Below, in pieces: positions 1-10,124 of a stretch of DNA of 64,000 bases. The DNA lies in NCBI GenBank assembly GCA_944387895.1, contig CALXGQ010000005.1, positions 12,365-76,364 of the forward strand, written 5' to 3'. A program made the translations under genes and the position numbers. The notes beneath the pieces are model-generated. The model did no database searches and was not told where the DNA came from. It worked only from the letters and a program-made list of their open reading frames with translations. The DNA is from an uncultured Clostridia bacterium (GTDB lineage Bacteria > Bacillota > Clostridia > Oscillospirales > QAKW01). Numbering within the stretch: position 1 is the stretch's first letter; each line of letters opens with the position of its first letter.

Positions 1-1114
1 GTCGCTGGAGGTGCAGGAGGAAGAGATCGAGGCGGCGTTTGAAGCGGTGGAGCCGCGCTTTTTGGAGATCCTGCGCCGGGCGGAGCAGAATATCCGCGCC
101 TTTCATGAAAAGCAGGTGCGGCCCGGATTCATGATCAGCGAAAATGCCGGGATCATCACCGGCCAGAAAATCACGCCCATCGAAAAGGTGGGGATCTATG
201 TGCCCGGCGGCACGGCGTCTTATCCCTCCACGGTACTGATGGACAGCGTGCCCGCCAAAATCGCCGGCTGCCGGGAGATCGTGATGGTGACGCCGCCGGG
301 GAAGGACGGAAAGGTCAGCCCGGTGATTCTGGCGGCGGCCAAAATCGCCGGCGTTCACCGGATCTTCAAGGTAGGCGGCGCCCAGGCGGTTGCGGCGCTG
401 GCCTACGGAACCGAGAGCGTTCCCCAGGTCGATAAAATCGTCGGGCCGGGGAACGCCTATGTGGCAGAGGCCAAAAAACAGGTGTTTGGCCGGGTTTCGA
501 TCGATATGATCGCCGGGCCCAGCGAAATCCTGGTGGTGGCCGACGGCGCAAGCAATCCCGCCCATGTGGCGGCCGATCTGCTTTCCCAGGCCGAGCATGA
601 TAAGCTGGCCAGCGCCGTTCTGGTGACTGATAGCCCGGCGCTGGCGCAGGCGGTGCAGGCCGAGATTGAAAAGCAGCTCCCCCTTCTTGCCCGGGCGGAG
701 ATCGCCCGGACGTCCATCGACAATAACGGAAAAATCATTGTGGCGGAGGATCTGCGCGGGGTGATCGAAATCGCTAATGAGATCGCGCCGGAGCATCTGG
801 AACTGATGGTGGAGCACCCCTTTGACTATCTGGACGGGATCCGCAACGCCGGATCGATCTTCATGGGGCGGTGCTGCCCGGAGGCGCTGGGCGATTATTA
901 TGCCGGCCCCAATCATACGCTGCCCACCGGCGGAACCGCGCGGTTTTCCAGCCCTCTTTCGGTGGATGATTTTGTAAAGAAGAGCCAGTTTACCTATTAT
1001 ACCGGCGAAGCGCTGGCCCGGGTCGGGGCGGACGTAGCGTATTTTGCAGAAAAAGAAGGGCTGACCGCCCATGCGCGCAGCGTCACTATCCGGCTGGAGG
1101 ACGCAGAAAGATGA
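1..1114 (+). CDS. hisD: histidinol dehydrogenase, 5' end cut by window edge
   Basis: Frame of ORF 11..1114 stays open to nt 2; HisD-like motifs GIYVPGGTASYPSTVLM, SQAEHD, APEHLEL; heads a contiguous his gene run. Confidence 0.95.
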   Translation, partial: SLEVQEEEIEAAFEAVEPRFLEILRRAEQNIRAFHEKQVRPGFMISENAGIITGQKITPIEKVGIYVPGGTASYPSTVLMDSVPAKIAGCREIVMVTPPGKDGKVSPVILAAAKIAGVHRIFKVGGAQAVAALAYGTESVPQVDKIVGPGNAYVAEAKKQVFGRVSIDMIAGPSEILVVADGASNPAHVAADLLSQAEHDKLASAVLVTDSPALAQAVQAEIEKQLPLLARAEIARTSIDNNGKIIVAEDLRGVIEIANEIAPEHLELMVEHPFDYLDGIRNAGSIFMGRCCPEALGDYYAGPNHTLPTGGTARFSSPLSVDDFVKKSQFTYYTGEALARVGADVAYFAEKEGLTAHARSVTIRLEDAER

Positions 1115-2172
1115 GCCGTTATCTGAAGCGGGAGTATCAGGCTCTGGAGGCCTATACGCCGGGGGAGCAGCCCCGGGACGCCGCGTATATCAAGCTCAAT
1201 ACCAATGAATCCCCCTTCCCGCCGGCGCCTGCCGTTACCGCGGCGCTGACGCGCCGGGAGGCGGAGCTGCTGCGGCTTTATCCCGATCCCACCGGCCGCG
1301 CGCTGAAGGAAAAGCTGGCGGGGCTTTACGGCGTCGGCGCCGAAAACATCTATCTTTCCAACGGCTCCGATGATATCCTGAATTTCGCCTTTATGGCCTA
1401 CGGCCGGAGCGGCGCCGTCTTCCCCGATATCACCTATGGATTTTATGCGGTTTTTGCCGGGCTCCACGGCGTGCCCTATGAAGAAAAACCGCTGAACGGG
1501 GATTTTACCATCAACCCGGAGGATTATTTTAACCAGAATAAACTCATTGTAATAGCCAATCCCAATGCGCCCACAGGGCTGAGCCTGTCCGTGGGGGCGG
1601 TGGAGGAGATTTTGCGCCGCAATCGGGATCACGTGGTGATGATCGACGAAGCCTATGTCGATTTTGGCGGCGAGAGCTGCTATCCGCTGATCCGGCGGTA
1701 TGAGAACCTGCTGGTCGTCCGCACCTTTTCCAAGTCCCGCTGCCTGGCGGGAGGGCGGCTGGGCTATGCGATCGGGCCGGCGGAGCTGATCGGCGATCTT
1801 GAGAAAATCAAGTATGCCACCAATCCCTACGACATCAACCGGCTGACCCTGCTTTTGGGGGAAGCCACGGTGGAGGCGGAGGATTACTATCGGGAGAAAT
1901 GCGGGGAGATTATCCGAGTGCGGGCGCAAACGGCCGCCCGGCTGAAGGAGCTGGGGTTTGAGGTTGTGCCCTCGGATGCCAATTTCCTGTTTGTCAAAAG
2001 CGGCCGGATCGGCGGAGAAGCGCTGTATCGGGCGTTGAAGAAGCGGAGGATCCTGGTGCGGCATTTTGAGAAAGAGCGGATTCGGGATTATAACCGCGTT
2101 ACCATCGGAACCGCGGAGCAGATGGAAGCCTTCTGCCGCGCGGTGGAAGAGATTCTGGAGGAGATAACATGA
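1111..2172 (+). CDS. hisC: histidinol-phosphate aminotransferase
   Basis: 353 aa; class II aminotransferase layout with PLP-lysine region FSKSRCLAGGRLGY; 4-nt overlap with hisD stop. Confidence 0.9.
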   Translation: MSRYLKREYQALEAYTPGEQPRDAAYIKLNTNESPFPPAPAVTAALTRREAELLRLYPDPTGRALKEKLAGLYGVGAENIYLSNGSDDILNFAFMAYGRSGAVFPDITYGFYAVFAGLHGVPYEEKPLNGDFTINPEDYFNQNKLIVIANPNAPTGLSLSVGAVEEILRRNRDHVVMIDEAYVDFGGESCYPLIRRYENLLVVRTFSKSRCLAGGRLGYAIGPAELIGDLEKIKYATNPYDINRLTLLLGEATVEAEDYYREKCGEIIRVRAQTAARLKELGFEVVPSDANFLFVKSGRIGGEALYRALKKRRILVRHFEKERIRDYNRVTIGTAEQMEAFCRAVEEILEEIT

Positions 2173-2750
2173 GAGAAGCAACGGTACATCGCAAAACGGC
2201 GGAAACGGAGATCCGGCTGACGCTCCGGCTGGAAGGGAGCGGCGCGGGCCGGATTTCCACCGGCTGCGGCTTTATGGATCATATGCTGACGCTGTTTGCC
2301 GCCCATGGGGGCTTTGATCTGGAGGTCGCCTGCAAGGGGGATCTGGAGGTGGACGCCCACCATACGACAGAGGATCTGGGCATCTGTCTGGGCAAGGCCT
2401 TTGAAGAGGCGCTGGGGGAAAAGCGGGGGATCGCGCGCTACGGGAGCTTTCTGCTGCCCATGGACGAAGCGCTGATCCTGAGCGCGGCGGATCTTTCCGG
2501 GCGAAGCTGTCTCTGCTATGAGCTGGGGATCCCCACCGAAAAGATCGGCAGCTTTGATACGGAGCTGGTGGAGGAATTCTGGCTGGCCTTTACCCGCCAT
2601 TGCCCCATGAGCCTGCATATCCGCAAGCTGGCCGGAACCAACGCCCACCATATTGCGGAGGGCTGTTTTAAATCGGTGGCCAGAGCGCTGAAGGCGGCGG
2701 TGGCGCAGGACGGAACCGACGCCGTCCCCTCCACGAAGGGGGTTCTCTGA
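2169..2750 (+). CDS. hisB: imidazoleglycerol-phosphate dehydratase
   Basis: 193 aa; IGPD histidine-rich motifs (HMLTLFAAHG, DAHHTTEDLGI, NAHHIAEGCFKSVARAL); overlaps hisC stop. Confidence 0.95.
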   Translation: MREATVHRKTAETEIRLTLRLEGSGAGRISTGCGFMDHMLTLFAAHGGFDLEVACKGDLEVDAHHTTEDLGICLGKAFEEALGEKRGIARYGSFLLPMDEALILSAADLSGRSCLCYELGIPTEKIGSFDTELVEEFWLAFTRHCPMSLHIRKLAGTNAHHIAEGCFKSVARALKAAVAQDGTDAVPSTKGVL

Positions 2751-3361
2751 TGGTTGGGATCATCGATTATGGCGTGGGGAACCTGTTTTCTCTCCGTTCC
2801 TCCTTTGAGGCGGTGGGGGAGCAGGCGTTCGTTTCCGGGGATCCGGAAGCGCTGGGGCGTGCGGACCGGCTGATCCTGCCTGGCGTAGGTGCCTTCGGCG
2901 ACGCGGCGGCCAAGCTGCGGGAGAGCGGGCTGGATCGGTTCGTTCAGGAGCAGGCGGCGGCGGGAAAGCCGCTGATGGGGATCTGCCTGGGGATGCAGCT
3001 CCTTTTTGAAAAGGGCTATGAATACGGCGAGCATGAAGGGCTGGGGCTGCTGCGGGGCGCGGTCGTTCCGATGAAGGGCGTGCTGCCCGCCGGCCTGAAG
3101 ATCCCCCATATCGGATGGAACGCGCTGCATTTCCGGCAGCCGGAATGTCCGATCTTCAAAAATATCCGGGAGGGCGACCACGTTTATTTTGTGCATTCCT
3201 TTTACGCGGAGGGCTGCGCAGATTCTCTGGCCGCCACCGCCGAATACGGCGTGGAGCTGACGGCCGCCGTGGCGCGGGAGCGGATATTCGGCTGCCAGTT
3301 TCATCCCGAAAAGAGCGGGCCTGTGGGGCTGGCGATTCTGAAGGCGTTCAGCGAGGTGTGA
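2750..3361 (+). CDS. hisH: imidazole glycerol phosphate synthase, glutamine amidotransferase subunit
   Basis: 203 aa; class I GATase nucleophile elbow GICLGMQLL and C-terminal FHPEKS. Confidence 0.95.
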   Translation: MVGIIDYGVGNLFSLRSSFEAVGEQAFVSGDPEALGRADRLILPGVGAFGDAAAKLRESGLDRFVQEQAAAGKPLMGICLGMQLLFEKGYEYGEHEGLGLLRGAVVPMKGVLPAGLKIPHIGWNALHFRQPECPIFKNIREGDHVYFVHSFYAEGCADSLAATAEYGVELTAAVARERIFGCQFHPEKSGPVGLAILKAFSEV

Positions 3362-3364
3362 GAG

Positions 3365-4078
3365 ATGAAGATATTTCCGGCGATAGATCTGGTGGGCGGC
3401 CGTGCGGTGCGCCTGCTGAAGGGCGATTACGCCCAAATGACGGTATACAGCGAGGATCCGCCGGCGGTGGCGCGGGATTTTGAAAGCGCCGGCGCCGACG
3501 CGATCCATCTGGTGGATCTGGAGGGGGCCAAAAGCGGCGTTCCCGCCAATCTGGAAACCATCCGGAAGATCGTCTGCGGCACGAACCTGTTTGTGGAGGT
3601 CGGAGGCGGGATCCGGAGCATGGAAACGGCGGAGGTTTATTTTTCCATCGGCGCGGACCGGGTGATTCTGGGGACGGCGGCGGTGACGGATCCTGCGTTT
3701 CTGAAGGCGGCGCTGGAGCGGTACGGCGAAAAGATCGCGGTGGGGGTCGATCTGAAGGACGGCTTTGTTGCGATCAGGGGCTGGACGGAAAAATCCGCCC
3801 TCACCGCCGATTCGTTTTTTGCCGGGATGGAAAAGCTCGGGGTCCGAACGGTGATCTGCACCGATATTTCCCGGGACGGCGCCATGCAGGGCGCCAACCG
3901 CGCCCTTTATCGGAGTCTGAGTGAAAAGTATTCCCTGCAGCTCATCGCGTCGGGCGGTGTCAGCTCCATGGAGGACGTCCGGGCGCTGCGGGAGCTGGGG
4001 TTATACGGTGCCATCATCGGCAAGGCCTATTATATCGGAGCCATTGATCTCCGGGAAGCAGTGGAGGCGGCAAAATGA
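3365..4078 (+). CDS. hisA: ProFAR isomerase
   Basis: 237 aa; IFPAIDLVGGRAVRL start, (beta/alpha)8 HisA/HisF pattern; position between hisH and hisF. Confidence 0.9.
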   Translation: MKIFPAIDLVGGRAVRLLKGDYAQMTVYSEDPPAVARDFESAGADAIHLVDLEGAKSGVPANLETIRKIVCGTNLFVEVGGGIRSMETAEVYFSIGADRVILGTAAVTDPAFLKAALERYGEKIAVGVDLKDGFVAIRGWTEKSALTADSFFAGMEKLGVRTVICTDISRDGAMQGANRALYRSLSEKYSLQLIASGGVSSMEDVRALRELGLYGAIIGKAYYIGAIDLREAVEAAK

Positions 4079-4833
4079 TCACCAAACGGATCATCCCCTG
4101 CCTGGATGTAAAAAACGGCAGAGTGGTAAAGGGCGTAAATTTTCAAGGTCTTTCCGACGTTTCCTCGCCGGTGGAGCTGGGGAAATACTACAGCGACTGC
4201 GGGGCGGACGAGCTGGTGTTTTACGATATCACCGCCTCCGCCGAGGAGCGGGGGATCTTTACCGATATACTCAAAGAAGTCGCGCGGACGATATTCATCC
4301 CCCTTACGGTGGGAGGCGGCATCCGGACGCTGGAGGATTTCGACCGGGTGCTGAAATGCGGGGCGGATAAGGTCAGCGTCAATTCCGGCGCCATCAGCAA
4401 TCCCGGCCTGATCCCCGCCGCGGCGAAACGATACGGCGATCAGTGCGTGGTTCTTTCGGTGGACGTCAAGCGGGTCGACGGCGTTTACCGGGTCTTTGCC
4501 CGGGGCGGCCGGGAGAATACCGGGATCGAGGCGGTCAGCTGGATCCGGTTCTGCGTGGAAAACGGCGCCGGCGAGGTGGTGCTGAATTCCATCGATACCG
4601 ACGGCGTAAAGGGCGGTTTTGATCTGGAGATGCTGGAAGCGGTCAGCAACGCCGTTGCGGTGCCGGTCATCGCCTCCGGCGGCGCGGGCTGCGCCGAGGA
4701 TTTCGTCGCGCTGTTCAAAAAGCTGCCGAAGGTGGATGCAGGTCTTGCGGCCTCCATCTTCCATTTCGGCGAGGTTCGGATCCCGGAGCTGAAGCGGATC
4801 CTGAAAGAAAATAATATCAATGTGAGGATATGA
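4075..4833 (+). CDS. hisF: imidazole glycerol phosphate synthase, cyclase subunit
   Basis: 252 aa; [19 protein letters not shown] and SGGAG motifs typical of HisF. Confidence 0.95.
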   Translation: MITKRIIPCLDVKNGRVVKGVNFQGLSDVSSPVELGKYYSDCGADELVFYDITASAEERGIFTDILKEVARTIFIPLTVGGGIRTLEDFDRVLKCGADKVSVNSGAISNPGLIPAAAKRYGDQCVVLSVDVKRVDGVYRVFARGGRENTGIEAVSWIRFCVENGAGEVVLNSIDTDGVKGGFDLEMLEAVSNAVAVPVIASGGAGCAEDFVALFKKLPKVDAGLAASIFHFGEVRIPELKRILKENNINVRI

Positions 4834-4834
4834 A

Positions 4835-5479
4835 ATGCTGGAAATCAATCAACTGAAATTCGATCAAAACGGTCTGATCCCCGCCATCGTTGTGGACGGG
4901 GAGAGCGGCAGGGTTCTGACGCTGGCGTATATGAACCGGGAAAGCCTGAAGATCTCGATGGAAAAGGGGCTGACCTGTTTTTGGAGCCGTTCCCGGCAGC
5001 AGCTTTGGCTGAAGGGGGAAACCAGCGGCAACTATCAGCACATTCTTTCCATCACCGCCGATTGTGATGGCGACGCGCTGGTCGTCCGGGTCAAAAAGGA
5101 CGGCCCCGCCTGTCATCTGGGCAACGATTCCTGCTTTGAAAACCCGGTCTATGAAACCGGCGAAGAGCCGTTTTCGGCGGAGGGGCTTTACCGGCTCCTG
5201 CAAAGCAGAAAGGAAACGCTGCCCGAGGGCTCCTATACGACCTATCTCTTTCAAAAGGGTCTGGATAAGATCCTGAAGAAGGTGGGGGAGGAGAGCACCG
5301 AGGTCATCATCGCCGGAAAGGCGGAGGACAAGCGGGAAACGATTTATGAAATCGCCGATCTTGCCTATCATGTGATGGTGCTGATGGTGGAGATGGGGAT
5401 CTCCGTGGAGGACGTGCGCCGGGAGCTGGCCGGGCGGCACGTCATCGATCATAAGGTCAAGCAGGAGAAGATGGTATGA
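4835..5479 (+). CDS. hisI: bifunctional phosphoribosyl-AMP cyclohydrolase / phosphoribosyl-ATP pyrophosphatase
   Basis: 214 aa; cyclohydrolase core [18 protein letters not shown] plus C-terminal MazG-like HisE part ([17 protein letters not shown]). Confidence 0.9.
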   Translation: MLEINQLKFDQNGLIPAIVVDGESGRVLTLAYMNRESLKISMEKGLTCFWSRSRQQLWLKGETSGNYQHILSITADCDGDALVVRVKKDGPACHLGNDSCFENPVYETGEEPFSAEGLYRLLQSRKETLPEGSYTTYLFQKGLDKILKKVGEESTEVIIAGKAEDKRETIYEIADLAYHVMVLMVEMGISVEDVRRELAGRHVIDHKVKQEKMV

Positions 5480-6285
5480 CGCTGGAGGATTTCCATGTCC
5501 ATACCGCCTTCTGCGACGGGCGCGATACGCCGGAGGAACTGGCGGAGGAGGCGCTGCGCCGGGGCTTTACCGCTCTTGGCTTTTCCGGCCATGCCTATAT
5601 GGACGACGGCCGGGATTGGGGGATGAGCCGGGAAGGCGCCAGCCGCTATCGGCAGGAGATCGCGGCGCTTAAAAAGCGCTGCCCCATCCCGCTGCTCTGC
5701 GGGATCGAGCAGGACTACTATGCGCCGGATCCGCCCGACGGCTACGACTATGTGATCGGCTCGGTGCACGGTATGCGCCGGGGCGGCCGGGTCTGCGAGG
5801 TAGATTCCTCCCTTGCGCTTTTTGAGCAGGCGGTGGCGGAGGACTACGGCGGCGACGTATACGCCCTGATCGAGGATTACTATGATCTGGCGGGCGGCGT
5901 GGCGGATAAAACCCGCTGCGAGATCATCGGCCATATCGATCTGGTGACGAAATGGCAGGAGGAAAAGCGGCTTTTCGATGAACAGCACCCCCGTTACCGG
6001 GCGGCGGCAGAGAGCGCGGTGCGGCGGCTGATTCCGTCCGGCGCGCTCTTTGAGATCAATGTCGGCGCGATGACCCGGGGCTGCCGCACCAGCCCCTATC
6101 CCGCGCCGCCGCTGCTGCGGCTGATCCGGGAGCTGGGCGGTGAAATCATCCTCAGCGGAGATTGCCACGACCGCCGCGCCCTGGGCCGATTTCTGCCGGA
6201 GGCCGCCGCCCTGGCCCGCGCCTGCGGCTTTATGCGCTGCGTCCGGCTGGTGCCCGGCGGCAGGGAATATGTCGCGTTATATTAA
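5476..6285 (+). CDS. PHP-family histidinol phosphatase
   Basis: 269 aa; PHP metal motif [17 protein letters not shown]; translationally overlapped with hisIE at the end of the his operon. Confidence 0.8.
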   Translation: MTLEDFHVHTAFCDGRDTPEELAEEALRRGFTALGFSGHAYMDDGRDWGMSREGASRYRQEIAALKKRCPIPLLCGIEQDYYAPDPPDGYDYVIGSVHGMRRGGRVCEVDSSLALFEQAVAEDYGGDVYALIEDYYDLAGGVADKTRCEIIGHIDLVTKWQEEKRLFDEQHPRYRAAAESAVRRLIPSGALFEINVGAMTRGCRTSPYPAPPLLRLIRELGGEIILSGDCHDRRALGRFLPEAAALARACGFMRCVRLVPGGREYVALY

Positions 6286-6310
6286 ATTAGTTGCGTTCTA
6301 TTAAAAATAG

Positions 6311-6359
6311 AAACAAGCGCAGGCTTCTCAGCTTTTACCTGAGAAGCCTGCGCTTGTTT
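6311..6359. terminator. bidirectional intrinsic terminator between convergent his operon and sugar-isomerase gene
   Basis: Long perfect hairpin AAACAAGCGCAGGCTTCTCAG-loop-CTGAGAAGCCTGCGCTTGTTT with A/T runs on both sides. Confidence 0.8.
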
Positions 6360-6429
6360 ACGGCGCTTCTTTGTTGCGCTCCTTAACCGCGCTCCGTCGT
6401 CGATGATCCGGAAGGTCTGGGGCTGTTTG

Positions 6430-7308
6430 TCATGCTTCGTAATGATCTTCTATGATCCCACTATAGTAACGGCTGACCTCCGCCATATAACGCAGGGAAA
6501 GGGGCCACAGAGCTTCCGGCTGATGGGAAAAGAAGTCATCGGCCTCCAGGGTGAAGGGCCCCCGGAACCCGATTTTTCCCAGCGCCTCAAAGGTCGGGAT
6601 CAGATCGATCTTTCCGCAGCCGGGCAGGGTGTGGGAATCGTCGTGATAATTATTGTCGTGGATATGCAGGGCGGCGATGCGGCTGTTGAGCGCCAGCACC
6701 ATCTCCGCCGGATCCTCCCCCACCAGAACGGTATGGCCCAGATCAAGGCAGGCGTGAAAATAGCCGGATTCTGCCTGAAGGGCGTCCACATAGCGGTTGA
6801 ATTCTTCCGGCCGGGAGCAGATACTATGGTCGATCATCTTCCGCCGGGGATTGGGTCTCCACATATTTTCCACGCAGACCTGGATCCCGTATTTTTCGCA
6901 GAGGGGGATGAAGCGGCGGTAAAAGGCCATATTGGTTTCAAAGAGAAGCTCCTCGTTGCCGAAATAGGGGATGTTGTGGATCCCGTGGACAACGATGGCG
7001 CGGGCTCCCGCCAGCGCGGCGATTTCCACGCTGCGCCAGATCAGGGGAAACACCTCTTTTTCAAAATCCCGGTTCTTATCGAAGGCATAGGGCGCGTGGG
7101 ATTGCAGGATGGGGATCCCTTTTTCCGCGGCAAAGGCGCCCAGCCGCTTTGCTTCTTCCCGGTAATTTTCCGCGGACCAGCGCGGATTTTCCTCCATGCT
7201 GAAAAGGGAAAGATCGGCGGCGTCAAAGCCGGCGCTTTTCAGCATTTCCAGCGCTGTTTCCTCGTTGTATCGGTCGGCCAGAACGTCGGTAAGGGAACAG
7301 ATGATCAT
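6430..7308 (-). CDS. sugar phosphate isomerase/epimerase (xylose isomerase-like TIM barrel)
   Basis: 292 aa; family-typical VENM, LDLGH, HIHDN metal-ligand pattern. Confidence 0.8.
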   Translation of the reverse strand: MIICSLTDVLADRYNEETALEMLKSAGFDAADLSLFSMEENPRWSAENYREEAKRLGAFAAEKGIPILQSHAPYAFDKNRDFEKEVFPLIWRSVEIAALAGARAIVVHGIHNIPYFGNEELLFETNMAFYRRFIPLCEKYGIQVCVENMWRPNPRRKMIDHSICSRPEEFNRYVDALQAESGYFHACLDLGHTVLVGEDPAEMVLALNSRIAALHIHDNNYHDDSHTLPGCGKIDLIPTFEALGKIGFRGPFTLEADDFFSHQPEALWPLSLRYMAEVSRYYSGIIEDHYEA

Positions 7309-8216
7309 AAAAGAGCCTCCTTTATCAATAGAAATTCCAGATTTTCGGTCACGTCGTAGCGGCCCATGCCCGCCGGCAGATAGCAGCAGTTTCCCGCCGC
7401 CAGAGGCACCTGGTCAACTGCGCCGCTGCCGGAGAGAACCAGCAGGATCGCAAAGGAATCCGCCCGCCCGGTAAAGGGCGCGGTTTTTTTCTCCACCCGG
7501 AAGAAGGGGCAATTTGCCAGCCCTTCCTCCCCCCGGGAAAACCGGATCGCCCGAATGGCGGCGTCGTCGAACGCCCGGACAGCCATCGAAGCTTTTTCAA
7601 GGTGCAGCGGGCGGGGCTTTCCGTCTGCGCCGATGCGGCCGTAATCGTAAGCCCGGTAGGTCAGGTCGCTGTTCTGCTGGATCTCCGCCAGCAGGATCCC
7701 GCCTCCGATGCCATGGATCAGCCCGGCGGGAATGAAATAGGTTTCCCCTGCCCGCACCGGCTGACGGCGCACCACGGATTCGATCTCTCCGCCGGCGGCC
7801 GCCCGCCTGAAATCTTCGGCGGTTTTTCCCGGTGCAAGGCCGTAAATCAGCTCGGCGCCCTCCTCCGCCTCCAGAATATACCACATTTCTGTCTTCCCCA
7901 GATCCCCTTCTTCGGCCGCCATGGCGTCGTCGGGATGCACCTGGATCGATAGCTTTTGGGCGGCGTCGATGAATTTGATCAGAAGGGGGAAGGGGGCATC
8001 GGTATCCAGATATTCTCCCAGGGTCTTGCCCGCCTCCGGGCCGTTGAGGATTCGGCTATCGTTTCCGCTGCGCACCGAAAGAGCCCAGATCTCGCCGATC
8101 TTGTCGTAGGGACAATCCGGCGCAAGCCGCTTCAGCTTCTGCCCGCCCCAGAGGGCGGTCTTGGCGATGGGTGCGAGCAGAAGGGGATATTTATTCTGCG
8201 TTTTCTCTATTTTCAT
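7305..8216 (-). CDS. manA: type I mannose-6-phosphate isomerase
   Basis: Cupin PMI motifs SIQVHPDD and GKTEMWYIL, IPAGLIHGIGGG; start placed at MKIEKTQ (8216) rather than ORF start 8246. Confidence 0.85.
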   Translation of the reverse strand: MKIEKTQNKYPLLLAPIAKTALWGGQKLKRLAPDCPYDKIGEIWALSVRSGNDSRILNGPEAGKTLGEYLDTDAPFPLLIKFIDAAQKLSIQVHPDDAMAAEEGDLGKTEMWYILEAEEGAELIYGLAPGKTAEDFRRAAAGGEIESVVRRQPVRAGETYFIPAGLIHGIGGGILLAEIQQNSDLTYRAYDYGRIGADGKPRPLHLEKASMAVRAFDDAAIRAIRFSRGEEGLANCPFFRVEKKTAPFTGRADSFAILLVLSGSGAVDQVPLAAGNCCYLPAGMGRYDVTENLEFLLIKEALL

Positions 8217-9303
8217 GTTCTTCAGCCCCCGCGCCTGCTGGAACAAGGCGTTTTTTCCTGCGGATCAAAAGCACTCCCGCCACGGCCGCGGCGGCAAGAA
8301 GGGCGATCCCTGCCGGAAGAAGCCAGGTGAGGGTGCTGCTTTTGGCGGTCAGGTTCTGCTCTACCACCTTCAGGGTGCCGTCCTCCTGTTTTTCCACCGT
8401 CAGCGATCCGGCGTTGTTGCCCTCCTGATCCTTCAGGATCACATCGGTTTCCTTACCGCTCTCCGGGGTTTCGGAAAATTCCGGCGTGTAGGTCGTGGTG
8501 GTGCCGTCGTCCTGGATGTGGATCGCTTCGCCGCTGCTGTCGTCGATGATCCAGCTCCCCGTGGGCTGGTCGCCGCTTTCGCTGCTTCCCGATCCGGAGG
8601 AACCGGCAGAGCCGGAATCAGAGCCGGCAGAGCCGGAGTCAGAACCGGAGGAACCGGAATCAGAACCGGAGGAACCGGAATCGGAACCGGAGGAGCCGGA
8701 ATCGGAACCGGACGAACCAGAATCGGAACCGGACGAACCGGAATCGGAACCGGTAGAACCGGAATCAGAACCGCCCTCCGCAGGATCGTCCTCGGAGCCG
8801 TCGGGAGCATCGGGCTGGCTATCGGTCTGTTCGTCGCCGGTATAGATGCGGCAGGGTTCTACGATGGGGTAGACCCGGGTCAGGTCCGCCTTGAAAAATT
8901 CCTGATAGGCGACCTGGATCAGCGTGCCGTCGTCCGGCGTTTCGGCGCGGATCCGGAAGGTCACGGAAAAGAGCTCCATATCGCCCCTGAGCACTTCGGA
9001 GGCGTCCGCCGCAAGGGCGTTGACCGCCGGTTGTTCCTCATGGGTGGCGTTGACGTTGATGATAAAAAGCCCGCCGGAGTTTATTTTTTTGCCTTCCACC
9101 ACCTCCAGAACGTCTTCATCGTAGGTCATGATGACCCGGAAGGAGGCGCAGACGGGGGCGTTTTTCACCGATCCGACGACGGTCACGGTATCGCCCACCT
9201 CGCCACGGGCGCCCTCCAGATGGAAGGTCATTTTTTCCTCATCGGCATAGGCGGCCGGCATCAGAAGCAAAAGAGCAAGAAGAATAGAGAGAATGCGTTT
9301 CAT
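8191..9303 (-). CDS. secreted, C-terminally membrane-anchored cohesin-like domain protein with (SGSDSGS)n linker
   Basis: 370 aa; signal peptide MKRILSILLALLLLMPAAYA; about 140-aa beta-sandwich with cohesin-like pattern (GDTVTVVGSVKN...FRVIMTYDEDVLEVV...FSVTFRIRAE); Ser/Gly/Asp repeat; C-terminal TM plus RRKKR. Confidence 0.6.
   Translation of the reverse strand: MKRILSILLALLLLMPAAYADEEKMTFHLEGARGEVGDTVTVVGSVKNAPVCASFRVIMTYDEDVLEVVEGKKINSGGLFIINVNATHEEQPAVNALAADASEVLRGDMELFSVTFRIRAETPDDGTLIQVAYQEFFKADLTRVYPIVEPCRIYTGDEQTDSQPDAPDGSEDDPAEGGSDSGSTGSDSGSSGSDSGSSGSDSGSSGSDSGSSGSDSGSSGSDSGSAGSDSGSAGSSGSGSSESGDQPTGSWIIDDSSGEAIHIQDDGTTTTYTPEFSETPESGKETDVILKDQEGNNAGSLTVEKQEDGTLKVVEQNLTAKSSTLTWLLPAGIALLAAAAVAGVLLIRRKKRLVPAGAGAEEHENRENAE
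8588..8772. repeat. tandem 21-bp repeat array inside the cohesin-like gene (encodes SGSDSGS units)
   Basis: Reiterated GAACCGGAGGAACCGGAATCA-like units visible on + strand; about 8-9 near-identical copies. Confidence 0.85.
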
Positions 9304-10124
9304 GAAGATTTTGTCCCCTTCCTGTTGTAAAGTGTTTTAAATGCCCGGGGGGTCATCCCCATCTCGGCTTTGAAGAGCTGATTGAAAAATTTGGTATCGG
9401 AATAGCCGACCAGGCCGCTGATCTCGGAAATTTTCTTTGAGGTATTGGCCAGCAGGCGGCAGCTTTCCCGGATCCGCACGGTTTGCAGGTAATGCTGAAA
9501 GGTGGTGCCGGTTTCCTCTTTGAAGCGCTTGCTCACATAGGCAAGGCTGTAGCAGCACTGGGCGGCCAGATCGGCCAGAGAGAGCCTTTCCATAAAATTC
9601 TTTTCGATCTGATCGATGATGAACTGCACCAGCCTGCTGGATTCCGGTTCGTCCGGCGCGCGGTAGATCCGGCGCATGGTGACGATGAGGATTTCAATAA
9701 GCTGGCAGCGCATCATCTCCTGATGGCCGACCGGTTTTTCGTTGTATTCCCGGGAGAGGCGGGAGATCAGCTGGCCGATATACCCGTCGTTGTCGTGATA
9801 AATCAGGCCGGTGGGGCGCGCCGTCAGATCCCGGTAATTGAATTTGATGAGATAATTGTCGGCCAGCTCCTGAAAGCGGCGGCATTCGGTGAGGGTTTCG
9901 TCGATCAGCCGCGGCAGAAACAGGCAGTTGACGACAACGAAAGGCGTATCGCCGATCTGGTCGTATTTATGCTTGACGCCATAGTCCACGATAAAATAAT
10001 CACCCTGCCCGATCACCGAGGTTTTCTCCCCGAAGAGATGCACGGCGCGCCCCTGCACAACATAGGTCAGCTCCAGAAAGTCGTGGTCGTGCAGCTCGGC
10101 GGAGGGCGCGGCGCAGGTGGTCAT
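9300..10124 (-). CDS. AraC/XylS-family transcriptional regulator (cupin sensor + HTH)
   Basis: 274 aa; C-terminal AraC HTH (LADLAAQCCYSLAYVSKRFKEETG...GYSDTKFFNQLFKAEMGMTPRAF); stop overlaps the cohesin-like gene start (ATGA). Confidence 0.9.
   Translation of the reverse strand: MTTCAAPSAELHDHDFLELTYVVQGRAVHLFGEKTSVIGQGDYFIVDYGVKHKYDQIGDTPFVVVNCLFLPRLIDETLTECRRFQELADNYLIKFNYRDLTARPTGLIYHDNDGYIGQLISRLSREYNEKPVGHQEMMRCQLIEILIVTMRRIYRAPDEPESSRLVQFIIDQIEKNFMERLSLADLAAQCCYSLAYVSKRFKEETGTTFQHYLQTVRIRESCRLLANTSKKISEISGLVGYSDTKFFNQLFKAEMGMTPRAFKTLYNRKGTKSS

Noticed and set aside
6403-7359. 318-aa plus-strand ORF
   Set aside because: Antisense to the sugar phosphate isomerase gene, which has clear family motifs.
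8217-8246. Longer manA start (MFQQARGLKN...)
   Set aside because: It would deepen the overlap with the upstream gene. MKIEKTQNKYPLLL aligns with typical type I PMI N-termini. Low certainty either way.
8161-9330. 389-aa plus-strand ORF with GTG/RTG repeats
   Set aside because: It is the mirror image of the SGSDSGS repeat on the coding (minus) strand. The minus-strand product has a signal peptide, a folded domain and a TM anchor.
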